A stretch of 64,000 nt of DNA from an uncultured virus (IMG/VR IMGVR_UViG_3300034110_000988) (lineage: Duplodnaviria; Heunggongvirae; Uroviricota; Caudoviricetes), in the IMG/VR virus record IMGVR_UViG_3300034110_000988. One strand, 5' to 3'. The notes under the pieces were generated by a model, which was given only the letters and a program-made list of their open reading frames with translations, did not search any database and was not told where the DNA came from. The position numbers and the translations under genes are program-made. Numbering within the stretch: the stretch's first letter is position 1; each line of letters starts with the position of its first letter. This document shows, piece by piece, positions 19,580-29,506 of the stretch.

Positions 19580-22528
19580 ATGAAAAATATAATACTTACT
19601 GCATCTCTTTTTAGTGTATTTTCTATCAGCTATGCAAGCTACATACTTAATGTTCCACTAGAACAACAGAATGGTGGTGCTTTACCATCAGGTTCCATTA
19701 TTATGGGTGCTAGTTCCAACAATGTGTGGCTAGCTATATTGCCTGCTTATACTGTATGGTCATCTACTGGCACGCCTTACAACTGCCTTACTTGGAATCC
19801 AGACCCAAGTGAAGTACCCATTAATAAATTGTTTATACAAGAATCGAATGATTGTTCTATTCAGCAGTCAAGAACAAAACAAAATCAAGAAAAAAATAAA
19901 TTATCTGGGGTTGTTAGAAACGTTGGAACCCCTATTACAGAATCTAAAATAGTGAATAATGCTCATGATAGTCGTTCTGCTACTGGAATACGAGAATCAT
20001 GGAACAGTACAACACCTATTTACACAGCATGGATTGACTCAGGTATTGTTTCAGGTTGTTCTAATTGGTCACCATCCCCTGCAACAGTAGGTCTAAATGT
20101 CAATTTTACTCAGACTGCTACTGATTGTCAGCAGCTCCAAACAAGAACCCGTCAAGATAGAGAACAAGAAGTTACAACTTTAATTTATAGAAATATTGGG
20201 AATCCAGTAGAAGAAAAACAATCAATATTAACCAGCAGTTCTCGTTCAGCAGTTGGTGAAAAAGCAACATGGGTAGCTACGACCCCTGTTTATACTGATT
20301 GGTTGAATTCTGGCGATCTTCAATCATGTAGTAATTGGAGTCCATCGCCTTCCAGCATAGCGATGAATGTTTCATTCACTCAAACAGCAACAAATTGTAC
20401 ACAGGTTCAAACTCGTGATAGACAAAATAGAGAACAAGAAACAAATACACTTGAATATCGTAATGTAGGCGAAGTTATTGTTGAACAACAAACCATTTCT
20501 GCTACAACAACCAGAGAGTCAAAAGGAACGAAAGAGAATTGGACAGCAGCTTCTTCTACTTATACAGCATGGATTAATACTGGGACCATTTCTAGTTGCA
20601 CTAACTGGTCACCGGCTGTAAACACAGTTAAAATAGGGGCCACATTTACTCAAACGGCAACTGATTGCAAACAATCTCAGACACGTAACAGACAAGACAG
20701 AGAGCAAGAAACAACCACGTTGGCTTTCCGTAATGTTGGCAGTCCAGTTATAGAAAATCAGACGATCACTGTTAATGATACACGTTCTGCTACGGGGACG
20801 ATGGAGGCTTGGGTTTCGACAACTCCTGTTTATACTGCTTGGGTGAATACTGGATCTATTACTTCATGTAGCAACTGGTCACCAGCCACAAACACAGTCA
20901 CCATAAATACTTCGTTTACACAAACTGCAACTGACTGCCAACAAGCTCAGACCCGTAATAAACAAAATAGAGAACAAGAAACAACAACATTAGCTTATCG
21001 TAATGTGGGTTCACCTATTGTAGAAAACCAATCTATTACAATCAGCAATACTCGATCTGCAACAGGTATAAAAGAAACATGGGTGGCAACTACTCCAACT
21101 TATACGACATGGGCCAATTCAGGAGCAATCACTTCTTGTACTAATTGGTCACCGGCTGTAACGACCGTTAATACTGGTACTGTGTTCACACAAACAGCTA
21201 CCGATTGTAAACAACCACAAACTCGTTCACGTCAAGATAGAGAACAAGAAACGACAACGCTTGCTTATAGAAATGTGGGAGCATCTGTTGTTGAAAATCA
21301 ATCTATTGCTACAACAAACACTCGTTCAGCTACAGGAACCTTGGAGAATTGGGTAGTGGCTGTGCCTACTTATACTGCATGGGTAAGTTCAGGTACTATT
21401 ACTTCCTGTACGAATTGGTCACCCGCTGTTACAACGGTTAATAAAGGCACTACATTTACACAAACAGCAACTGACTGTAAACAAACTCAAACACGTTCAA
21501 GACAAGATAGACAACAAGAAACTAATACACTTGTTTATCGTAACTCAGGAAGTCCAGTAGTTGAGAGCCAAGTGGTTACTGTAAGTGATAATCGTTCTGC
21601 AATAGGCACAAAAGAATTGTGGGCTGCAACAACACCTACCTATACTGCGTGGGTTAATAATGGTGCAATTAATAGTTGTTCTAACTGGTCGCCATTAGCT
21701 AATACTGTTACTATTAATAGTTCATTTACTCAAACAGCTACTGACTGTAAACAACCTCAGACTAGATCCCGTCAAGATAGAGAGCAAGAAGCAAATACCT
21801 TAGCATATCGTAATGTAGGGGTTCCTGTTACTGAAACACAAAACGTGACTGTAACTAGCACTCAATCAGCCGTTGGAACTAAAGAAACATGGGTAGCTTC
21901 TACTTCCACTTATACCGCTTGGGTAAACAGTGGTGCTCTCACTGGATGTTCTAATTGGTCACCAGCTACTAGTGGAGTTGATTTCGGACTTATTTACACA
22001 CAAACAGCCACTAACTGTTTACAACCACAAACACGTTCAAGACAGGATAGACAACAAGAAACAACAACATTGGCTTATCGTAATTCTGGTAGCCCAGTAG
22101 TAGAAAACCAAAATATAACAGCTAATAGCACACGATCAGCATCAGGCACCTATCCGGCTATTCGTAACAACCCATTATCACGTTTTAACTCATCTACGGG
22201 TGTTAATCGTGGTAACTCGGTGTATACGAACGGAGTTTCAGGTGCATTAATGTATGGCCCATATGTTAAAAACTTCCCGGCTGGAAGGTACCGTTTAACC
22301 GTTTACGGAACTGTCGTTTCTACAGGTGGTGCCGCTGTCGATGTGGTTACTAACGGCAGCAATCAAATAATTTGGACAGGTGGCTTTGCTGATAATACTT
22401 CTGGTGTTATCGTTGATCAGATAATTAATACTCCTACTATTAATGACATTTATGGTATTGAGATTAGAGTTATGGTCAATAATACAAGTAATATCACAGT
22501 AACAGGTTATACATTTACACCTTACTAA
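19580..22528 (+). CDS. secreted repeat protein: nine 90-aa Trp/Cys/Arg repeats plus C-terminal carbohydrate-binding-like domain
   Basis: signal peptide; 270-nt periodicity; YGPY..PAGRY C-terminal beta domain. Confidence 0.85.
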   Translation: MKNIILTASLFSVFSISYASYILNVPLEQQNGGALPSGSIIMGASSNNVWLAILPAYTVWSSTGTPYNCLTWNPDPSEVPINKLFIQESNDCSIQQSRTKQNQEKNKLSGVVRNVGTPITESKIVNNAHDSRSATGIRESWNSTTPIYTAWIDSGIVSGCSNWSPSPATVGLNVNFTQTATDCQQLQTRTRQDREQEVTTLIYRNIGNPVEEKQSILTSSSRSAVGEKATWVATTPVYTDWLNSGDLQSCSNWSPSPSSIAMNVSFTQTATNCTQVQTRDRQNREQETNTLEYRNVGEVIVEQQTISATTTRESKGTKENWTAASSTYTAWINTGTISSCTNWSPAVNTVKIGATFTQTATDCKQSQTRNRQDREQETTTLAFRNVGSPVIENQTITVNDTRSATGTMEAWVSTTPVYTAWVNTGSITSCSNWSPATNTVTINTSFTQTATDCQQAQTRNKQNREQETTTLAYRNVGSPIVENQSITISNTRSATGIKETWVATTPTYTTWANSGAITSCTNWSPAVTTVNTGTVFTQTATDCKQPQTRSRQDREQETTTLAYRNVGASVVENQSIATTNTRSATGTLENWVVAVPTYTAWVSSGTITSCTNWSPAVTTVNKGTTFTQTATDCKQTQTRSRQDRQQETNTLVYRNSGSPVVESQVVTVSDNRSAIGTKELWAATTPTYTAWVNNGAINSCSNWSPLANTVTINSSFTQTATDCKQPQTRSRQDREQEANTLAYRNVGVPVTETQNVTVTSTQSAVGTKETWVASTSTYTAWVNSGALTGCSNWSPATSGVDFGLIYTQTATNCLQPQTRSRQDRQQETTTLAYRNSGSPVVENQNITANSTRSASGTYPAIRNNPLSRFNSSTGVNRGNSVYTNGVSGALMYGPYVKNFPAGRYRLTVYGTVVSTGGAAVDVVTNGSNQIIWTGGFADNTSGVIVDQIINTPTINDIYGIEIRVMVNNTSNITVTGYTFTPY
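19720..22150 (+). repeat. intragenic tandem repeat, 9 x about 270 bp, diverged at DNA level
   Basis: TATAC(YT) codons recur at 20291, 20561, 20831, 21101, 21371, 21641, 21911. Confidence 0.9.
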
Positions 22529-22639
22529 TAGATTAAATATTGTAAAATAACCTATCAGCAATGATGGGTTATTTTTATTTTGAACTTTCTTTTTTTATTA
22601 ATTTGTGTTACAGTAAAGGATAATTTGAGGATCTTGATT

Positions 22640-22918
22640 ATGGTATTTAGAATTTTTATTGCAAGTCTGCTCTTTGATTTCTTGATTTGGCTTCCATTGT
22701 TTGCCAATTATTTTAAACCGTGGATTATCAACCTTCATCAGACAGGTGTTATCAGTTATTTTACGTTTACTAGTAGCACTCTGGTTGTGTGTCTTTTGCC
22801 TTGGGCTTTCATGGCTATCACAATGGGCGGGTATGCTTATTTCGAAAATCGTAAGCCTTATGAACTAAAAAAATATAAAAAGAATAAGAAAATACTTGTC
22901 AGTGTAAAAGCTACTTGA
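22640..22918 (+). CDS. small two-TM membrane protein
   Basis: GAGG RBS, two hydrophobic helices, basic tail. Confidence 0.65.
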   Translation: MVFRIFIASLLFDFLIWLPLFANYFKPWIINLHQTGVISYFTFTSSTLVVCLLPWAFMAITMGGYAYFENRKPYELKKYKKNKKILVSVKAT

Positions 22919-22968
22919 TATACTTAGGCTGTAACAACGAAACAACATTAACTATAAAGGTGAATATT

Positions 22969-23100
22969 ATGCAAGGTTCCTTCGGTGATGCAAAAGAGTC
23001 TTTTCGTGGTGGCAAAAAACGAGATAATGAAAAAGCAAAAGAAAATCGACAAAATCAAGCTTTCCGAAAACGCCGCCGAAACCGACATGAAGACGCATAG
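22969..23100 (+). CDS. small basic protein
   Basis: AAGGTG RBS; RKRRRNR; terminator follows. Confidence 0.6.
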   Translation: MQGSFGDAKESFRGGKKRDNEKAKENRQNQAFRKRRRNRHEDA

Positions 23101-23210
23101 TTATAATTGAAAACGAAAAGGTAGCCTAGTGCTGCCTTTTTTTATTTGATTTTATTGATTTTTTGTTGACTTTCATGTATTATATAAGGTCTAAATGGAG
23201 TAAAAATAGC

Positions 23211-23570
23211 ATGAATAACTCACTTTACTGGGCTTACAATGTCCCTGTACAAATATCACCTACCTATGAAACATGCGAAGAAGATCCTGATGCTTATATC
23301 CTAGATGATAACGGCAATAAAAAAATATCTGGCTTTTCGGTCATTAATTATATGCCAAGAAAATCAACTTGTTGCGAATGCGATTTAGATGAATTGTTGA
23401 ATGGTCAAACCCGTGAAGAGTTTCTTGAATACGCCGCTCAGCATCTTGAAAATTTAGCTCGCCTCATGCGAGAATCTATCCATAATCCTGATGAACATGT
23501 CTACTATGCTGACGCGGGGTTTGAATTAGACGAAAAGAAACTTGAAGAAAACCTTCGTAAACCTGAATAG
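23211..23570 (+). CDS. hypothetical protein
   Basis: GGAG RBS. Confidence 0.65.
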   Translation: MNNSLYWAYNVPVQISPTYETCEEDPDAYILDDNGNKKISGFSVINYMPRKSTCCECDLDELLNGQTREEFLEYAAQHLENLARLMRESIHNPDEHVYYADAGFELDEKKLEENLRKPE

Positions 23571-23724
23571 GTTATGTTACAATGGAGAAACTGGTAGTGT
23601 TGGGTACTTCAAAACTGTACATTACAAAAAAGAATAAAAATAATAGCTTACAAGCGGAGCAATCTTTGGTATAATAGTCACAAATAAACAGATTATTTCA
23701 AATATTTTTGTAAGGAACCTTCTT

Positions 23725-24435
23725 ATGACTGTTGTTCAAAACGTAAACAAGCACAAAATCTTTTTCAGCGAACATGCTTCCACTCAACTGCATGCCCGTA
23801 GTCAACTGAAGCGTTCGGATGTGCTTCGATTGCTTTCGGATAAAATTACTATGCCTGTTGGTGCCGATAAACATCGCATTCACACGGTTATCTATTCTGT
23901 AAAAGATGATATCCCACTGGTGATTGTGCATGATGAACGTAATGGCGAAATCGTGACTGTTTTGTTTTTGGAGTACAATAACAAATTCAAAATTGATCCA
24001 AACATCACCGAAAAAATCAAAAAAATCACCGTCGAATACACGGAACGCACCAAACCACGAGAAACCATTGCTGAGAAAACTGCTTGGCTTGAAATGTACA
24101 GTCAGGTTCGTAACTGTCCAGAAGTAAAAGGTCTTATTCGTCTCTACTTCAATGTAAAAACGGGCGATGGTATGAAAGAAGTTGAATTCATCACATTGAA
24201 TTCGGTTGATTTTGGTGGTGACGTGTCGAAGATTTGCGAAATTCCACACATTAAAATCAAAATTGAAAACGGTCGAGTGCGTAAACAAGTTGCAAAACTT
24301 GCCATTGTGAATATTTTCACTCGCCTTGATACTGGGCGTGTTGTTAAAATCGGCCAGTCCCGTGATTATGAACTGATGGTTCAAGCTCAATTGAACAAGA
24401 GCCAGCAGAAGCAACAAAAAGCGAAAAAAAACTGA
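23725..24435 (+). CDS. hypothetical protein
   Basis: AAGGA RBS, 236 aa. Confidence 0.75.
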   Translation: MTVVQNVNKHKIFFSEHASTQLHARSQLKRSDVLRLLSDKITMPVGADKHRIHTVIYSVKDDIPLVIVHDERNGEIVTVLFLEYNNKFKIDPNITEKIKKITVEYTERTKPRETIAEKTAWLEMYSQVRNCPEVKGLIRLYFNVKTGDGMKEVEFITLNSVDFGGDVSKICEIPHIKIKIENGRVRKQVAKLAIVNIFTRLDTGRVVKIGQSRDYELMVQAQLNKSQQKQQKAKKN

Positions 24436-24444
24436 AATAAATGG

Positions 24445-24473
24445 TTTACAGAGATGTAGTTTTTTGCTAATAT
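24445..24473 (+). promoter_or_regulatory. sigma70-type promoter of RNA locus
   Basis: TTTACA-17-TAATAT with TG extension. Confidence 0.6.
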
Positions 24474-24517
24474 AGTCACACAAGGTTAGGAAGAAAAACA
24501 CTTAACCTTGGCAATAT

Positions 24518-24597
24518 GCGATGTGGTGGAGAGGTATCCACGTTGGTTTCAGCCAATTCCCTATGGAACAAGAGTTCGAGTCTCTTCCATCGCACCA
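24518..24597 (+). tRNA. aberrant tRNA-Leu-like gene (6-nt anticodon loop TTTCAG)
   Basis: GCGATG/CATCGC-ACCA acceptor, GTGG/CCAC D-stem, long variable arm, AAGAG-TTCGAGT-CTCTT T-arm. Confidence 0.7.
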
Positions 24598-24600
24598 GAT

Positions 24601-24923
24601 TAAAGCGGTCTAACAATAACTTACTGTCTATTAGTTGAGTGCCCGAGGTGAGCTACCGATGCAGAACTGACTACTAATTATATTATTGATAAATTATAAT
24701 GATGAGCTTAACTTGAATGTCGGAAAAGCAATAGAGTGGATCTAACGAATTCAAGGCTCCTATGCTAGAGGATCTGCGGCTGGCAACACTGTAGAACGGG
24801 GGTTGTCTAGTGCAATACAGGTTTGATAACAAGTGGTAAAGTTTCGACTTAATTGTTGATGACTACCGTTTAGCGAAAGCGAACAAGGTATTTTTAACTG
24901 ACAATTCATCGTCGCCTTGTTTC
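24601..24923 (+). ncRNA. putative structured ncRNA, about 270-320 nt
   Basis: no ORF; closing pairs AAGCGGT/ACCGTTT and TAACAAT/ATTGTTG; internal CTTGAAT/ATTCAAG; GC-GAAA-GC. Confidence 0.55.
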
Positions 24924-24938
24924 AATTATTAAAAAAAA

Positions 24939-24959
24939 GAGCCTCTTCGGAGGCTTTTT
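24939..24959 (+). terminator. intrinsic, probably bidirectional, terminator
   Basis: A-run, AGCCTC-TTCG-GAGGCT, T-run; identical copy at about 47090. Confidence 0.8.
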
Positions 24960-24974
24960 GTTGACTTTCTTTTC

Positions 24975-25583
24975 TTAACTTCTACATGCATAATAGAACG
25001 CTGTATACCCTACGCTGGCGTTTCCTTCCATACTTGAATAATTCCCACGAGAATACTCATATCCATTGTAAGTATAAGTGCTTGGCCCACTTGGAAATGA
25101 GACTTCAACATTGTCACTATACCAAATGACTGTTGTTTTCCCAGCGGATTCTAACCAATAAGCCTTGCCACCACCAAACATACAGACTTCATCTTTTGGT
25201 TTATTTCCAACAACAGAACGTGATGATGACACTTTAACTGTTTGTGATTCAGTGATAGCAGATCCCACATTTCTTATACTGTTTGAAAGCTCATCTTTCT
25301 CTCTGGCTTGGTTGGTTCTGATTTGTATTTGATCGCAGTCTGTTGCTGTTTGTGTAAAAGTTACGCCAGCAGCTACAGTATTTTGAAGAGGTGTCCATGA
25401 ACAATTCTCTACACCACCTGTGTTCGACCAGTCAGATATTAATGGTGTGTATGGTGTGTATTTAGTAAATTTGAGAGTGTTGTCGCCTCCAACACCTACT
25501 GGATAAATAGCGGTGTATGAGGCATTCGCTGTGCTGAGCAAGCAAGATGCTGAGAGCAAAAGAAGTCCGATTATCTTTTTCAT
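24975..25583 (-). CDS. secreted protein with one 90-aa repeat
   Basis: signal peptide; SDWSNTG..NCSWTP...TFTQTATDC.Q.Q.R. Confidence 0.8.
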   Translation of the reverse strand: MKKIIGLLLLSASCLLSTANASYTAIYPVGVGGDNTLKFTKYTPYTPLISDWSNTGGVENCSWTPLQNTVAAGVTFTQTATDCDQIQIRTNQAREKDELSNSIRNVGSAITESQTVKVSSSRSVVGNKPKDEVCMFGGGKAYWLESAGKTTVIWYSDNVEVSFPSGPSTYTYNGYEYSRGNYSSMEGNASVGYTAFYYACRS

Positions 25584-25642
25584 ATGTATATTTGTTGTTT
25601 TTATTTTTATACTTTAACATATTATTATACTAATGGAAGACT

Positions 25643-26299
25643 TTAATATTCAGCAATCTCTTTGAGCTGTAAATATTGTCTTACTTGTTCAATTGAAAGT
25701 TTATAGATATCAACGTCTTCTAACATGATCTTAAAGTTATCATCATTCATATAAAGAAAAAAGAAAGAGACAAACTCTTGTCGTTCTTCAAAGTCTTTGT
25801 CTTTGTAAGGTTTAAAAAACTCATCAATGTAATAAATGTTGACCATTTCATAATCAGCATTAAATACACATACAATTTTTTTTTCTATTCTAACGACATG
25901 ATGAATTTCTAAGATATCGTCTTTTTTATCAATAAAGACGTTGTATTCTACTTTTAGTCTTTTTGACTGAAATAGATAAGGAATGGAGTGTTTCAATGTT
26001 TGCAACATGTAAAAATCTATAATAGAAAAATAGTTTTCAGATTTTGAGCAAGGATTTAGATCGCTAAGATATTTTAACGTTGTTCTGGTTGGCGTTTGTG
26101 ATTTTGTTTGATATTTACGACCAGCAAAAGTATCTGCAAACGACATGATATTACCTTTACTATCAACTTCATAGTTGCCAAGATAAGTAATAGAGCGTGC
26201 CTCATTACTACTAAGGGTGTCATGATTGCTGTGTAGATACCTTATGAAGTAATTGTGAGGTTCTAGATTGATAGTGTTTTCTTGTTCTAATTCCGACAT
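25643..26299 (-). CDS. hypothetical protein (degenerate C-terminal motif LKEIAEY)
   Basis: 218 aa. Confidence 0.65.
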   Translation of the reverse strand: MSELEQENTINLEPHNYFIRYLHSNHDTLSSNEARSITYLGNYEVDSKGNIMSFADTFAGRKYQTKSQTPTRTTLKYLSDLNPCSKSENYFSIIDFYMLQTLKHSIPYLFQSKRLKVEYNVFIDKKDDILEIHHVVRIEKKIVCVFNADYEMVNIYYIDEFFKPYKDKDFEERQEFVSFFFLYMNDDNFKIMLEDVDIYKLSIEQVRQYLQLKEIAEY

Positions 26300-26475
26300 A
26301 ACGCCCCCATTTTTGCTATAAAATTATCATATTTCACCATAAAAGTCAAACAAATTGCTCACCGATTTTTTCTATGTTCTAATAACAAAAAATTATAGAA
26401 AAATTGTCTCTTTTCCTCGCCTCAATGGCATTGTCTTGTTATAATAGCTTCCATAGTGAAAGAGTAGGAGGATGT

Positions 26476-26649
26476 ATGGACTTGAACGGTGATGATATAG
26501 AGACAAAAGAAGAAATTTGCAAAATAGAAGAACTCATTGTTCATGGCTTCTGCTATGTATTGTTTTCTTTGCCAGTGATTGCCATTTTGAAAATTAAGGT
26601 GTACGACCCATATTTTCCAATGATTAAAAATTTAATCAAATTACAATAA
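26476..26649 (+). CDS. small membrane protein
   Basis: AGGAGG RBS, one hydrophobic helix. Confidence 0.55.
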   Translation: MDLNGDDIETKEEICKIEELIVHGFCYVLFSLPVIAILKIKVYDPYFPMIKNLIKLQ

Positions 26650-26695
26650 TAAAGCTACCTTCTGGTAGCTTTTTTTATTTTTTTTTTATTTTTTT

Positions 26696-27601
26696 TTAAT
26701 TTCTTTTTAATCCATATTCTGCACCGCGACCACGACTTGTTTGTTGTGGGCCAATTGTGTAGGATCTCCCATCAGTCCCATTAAATGTAACACCTGTTTT
26801 CAAAGCAGTATTACATGATGGCCCACTTCTTGTATTTCCTTGTGCCAGTAATACTTGTGAACCGCCATATACAGCTTTTGTTTGCCATAAGTCTGGGCCA
26901 GCCGCAGCACACACAAATATATACGTTGAATTATAATCATATAAATAAGTTGATTTTGTCCCTGCTACAGATTGATAGCCAATTTGTCCATTTTCAATTC
27001 TTGATTCACTTTGTAAATCACCAACATTTCGTATTTTTCCTATTGTTGTTTCTATTTCTCTATTTTGTACTGTTCTTGTCTGATTTATAGAACAGTTAGA
27101 TGATGTTTGATTTACAGTGGTTCCAATATCACCAGTTGAAGCATCAGGAGTCCATCCTGAACAGTTATAAACTGACCCATTATTTGTCCAATCACCATAT
27201 GAAGGTGTTGTTGGTATCCAGTTTTCCTTTGTTCCTACAGCATTTCTAATATTCTCGACATTAATTGTTCGTGTATTAATATAAAAATCACCAATGTTTC
27301 TTATGTTGCCAGATAGCTTATCTATTTCTTGATTTTGTGCTGTCCTTTCTTGGTTTTGTTTACAATCATTAGCTAATTGCTGAAAGTTCTCCCCAATCTT
27401 GATTGTTGATGGGCTTGGTGACCAATTATTACAATTATAGAAATCGCCTATATTTTCCCATTCTCCATACAAAACATCTTTTGAAACCCATTCAGTTACA
27501 TTAATATTTCCATCTAATTTAAATTTAACTATATACTCAGCATTTATATTTTTCGATATACACGTTAATCCTATTGTAAAAGTTATTAATATTTTTTTCA
27601 T
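26696..27601 (-). CDS. secreted protein with two 90-aa repeats
   Basis: signal peptide; YGEW..CNNWSP and YGDW..CSGWTP repeats. Confidence 0.8.
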   Translation of the reverse strand: MKKILITFTIGLTCISKNINAEYIVKFKLDGNINVTEWVSKDVLYGEWENIGDFYNCNNWSPSPSTIKIGENFQQLANDCKQNQERTAQNQEIDKLSGNIRNIGDFYINTRTINVENIRNAVGTKENWIPTTPSYGDWTNNGSVYNCSGWTPDASTGDIGTTVNQTSSNCSINQTRTVQNREIETTIGKIRNVGDLQSESRIENGQIGYQSVAGTKSTYLYDYNSTYIFVCAAAGPDLWQTKAVYGGSQVLLAQGNTRSGPSCNTALKTGVTFNGTDGRSYTIGPQQTSRGRGAEYGLKRN

Positions 27602-27792
27602 AATTCTTTTTATTTAGTTATTTTATACATTCTAGCACAAAACAACAATATTAAAATAGAATATTTTTCCATATTTGACCCAAGAAGAGAAAAAAATTCT
27701 ATTTTTATTTTTTTGTTCCTTTTCCTTTTTGTTGCTTAAAACTTCTCATTTTGCTATAATATACCCACTTTATTAAACCAAGAGGATTTACC

Positions 27793-28731
27793 ATGATTGT
27801 TAACCGTGTTGAAAATGGCCTTGTTGCTGAACAAAACTCTGTTTTCATTGCTTATTTCACCAAACCCAGCCACATCTATCAAAAGAACCCAGACTGCCGT
27901 GCTTGGGGCGATTCTGCTTGGTTTGCAAAAGTAGCCCTGTTGGGTGTGATGGTGCGTTGGGATGGTTCATTTGGTTTTGTGGGTGGTAAGGTTGATCCGG
28001 GTGAAACCCTGCTGGAAGCAGCTAAACGTGAAAGTTGGGAAGAAATCAACCATACTCCAAAAGATGGTGATTTGAAGTTGGTCTGTTCGCATTCGATGGT
28101 TGATGGCAAGTTTGTACAGAACACTCACCTTTATGCTTGTGAAGTGACCCCTGAAGAACTGTACAACATTCGTCGTAAATCGGGTGAAAGCGTTCATGGT
28201 CAAGTTGAAAGTGCGGGCTTTGTAGCTGTTCACATGGTGAAAGGTGCTCCAAATAACCTTCAAAACAACGTATGGGCGGGCACTGCACTGGCTGAACTCA
28301 ACATCTTGTTGGAATCTGGTATCATTGCTCCGGCTGCTTATGAAGACAATGGCTACGAATACAAAGAGCCTGACTATGCGGGTGCGTATGCTGAATACAT
28401 CGCTACCATGCCAGTAACTTCATCCACATCTAAAACCGTTTTGCAAATTGCTGAATTTATGGAAGTATTGAACAGCAACTATCCAAAAGAACACCGTAGT
28501 CTAGCCGGTGATGAATTTTTTGAAATGCTTGAAAAACGACTGGTTGACGCAATTAAGCTTGGCATTGAGGCAAAATACGAAAATAGTAATGTTGGTTGTT
28601 TTGACTCCCTTATTCTGACCAGTCCGTATGCTCCAACGATGAAAGAGTCCTACTTCTTGGTCGATCACTGCATGACTATTGTGGGGGATGGTGTGAAAAC
28701 TGACCATGATATGATTCGGTATATGAGCTAA
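27793..28731 (+). CDS. Nudix hydrolase, NUDT16-like, with C-terminal extension
   Basis: VRWDGSFGFVGGKVDPGETLLEAAKRESWEE Nudix box with R-x-D-G-x-x-G-F prefix. Confidence 0.8.
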   Translation: MIVNRVENGLVAEQNSVFIAYFTKPSHIYQKNPDCRAWGDSAWFAKVALLGVMVRWDGSFGFVGGKVDPGETLLEAAKRESWEEINHTPKDGDLKLVCSHSMVDGKFVQNTHLYACEVTPEELYNIRRKSGESVHGQVESAGFVAVHMVKGAPNNLQNNVWAGTALAELNILLESGIIAPAAYEDNGYEYKEPDYAGAYAEYIATMPVTSSTSKTVLQIAEFMEVLNSNYPKEHRSLAGDEFFEMLEKRLVDAIKLGIEAKYENSNVGCFDSLILTSPYAPTMKESYFLVDHCMTIVGDGVKTDHDMIRYMS

Positions 28732-28845
28732 CACCTGTTGTGTAAAAAATTAAACCGCCTTCTGGCGGTTTTTTATTATTGAAAACTTGAAAAATAATCA
28801 ATATCCTGTTATAATTTAGTCAATTCTTTCATTGAGGGCTTCATC

Positions 28846-29196
28846 ATGACGACTTACAATTTGACCATCGAATCTGGCAAAGTAACCAGCTCTGACACCT
28901 TTGCTCGCCGTTACAGCTTGACCATCATCAAAGAGACTGACAAAGGCTCTGTTGTAAATCTAAAAGCTGTTGATATTGTACCAAGTGGTTATCAGCAAGG
29001 TGGTACCGAAGTTCGTTTGCTGCAGAATGCGTTGGTTAAGTTCAAGGAAACTGAAGTAAACAAAAATATCGCAAAACTTGCATTGAAATTTGATGATAAA
29101 GTGAATGCAATTCGAAATTATGATAAAGGACTTGTGGTCATCAAAGCAGAGCTTGAGAAAAAAGCTAATGAAAAAGTCAAGGCTATTGTCATTTAA
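28846..29196 (+). CDS. hypothetical protein
   Basis: GAGG RBS, own promoter. Confidence 0.7.
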   Translation: MTTYNLTIESGKVTSSDTFARRYSLTIIKETDKGSVVNLKAVDIVPSGYQQGGTEVRLLQNALVKFKETEVNKNIAKLALKFDDKVNAIRNYDKGLVVIKAELEKKANEKVKAIVI

Positions 29197-29260
29197 TCAG
29201 CGTCATTGCAGTAACAATAGAGACGCACTCGTTGCGTCTCTTTTCATTTGAGGTCTTATT

Positions 29261-29482
29261 ATGTTTAAGCAGTTAAAATCCATTTTATTTAAACAAAAGC
29301 TTCCACCTATCCCCGTTCGCATGGAACACGTTGATTCTGGCACACAAGGGTTGATTGTAGTCTGGTCGGATGATAGGAAAACCCAGCTCGCAACGTTTCC
29401 TGATATCGTTAAGCCCGCCAAGTTAGAACAGTTCTTGAAAGAAAACAACTATCAACCAGTTGAATACTTTGTCAATAGTTGA
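29261..29482 (+). CDS. hypothetical protein
   Basis: GAGG RBS; MFK..K start like 62523. Confidence 0.65.
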   Translation: MFKQLKSILFKQKLPPIPVRMEHVDSGTQGLIVVWSDDRKTQLATFPDIVKPAKLEQFLKENNYQPVEYFVNS

Positions 29483-29506
29483 CTATTACCTTTGTTTTGA
29501 TTGCTG

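Noticed and set aside
19720..22150. Regular repeats as a possible CRISPR array or DGR template
   Set aside because: 270-bp in-frame coding repeats with synonymous divergence; no spacers, no cas or reverse transcriptase gene in the window.
24518..24597. tRNA-Sec(TCA)
   Set aside because: Lacks the long acceptor stem and G73; the loop is 6 nt and the body is Leu-like.
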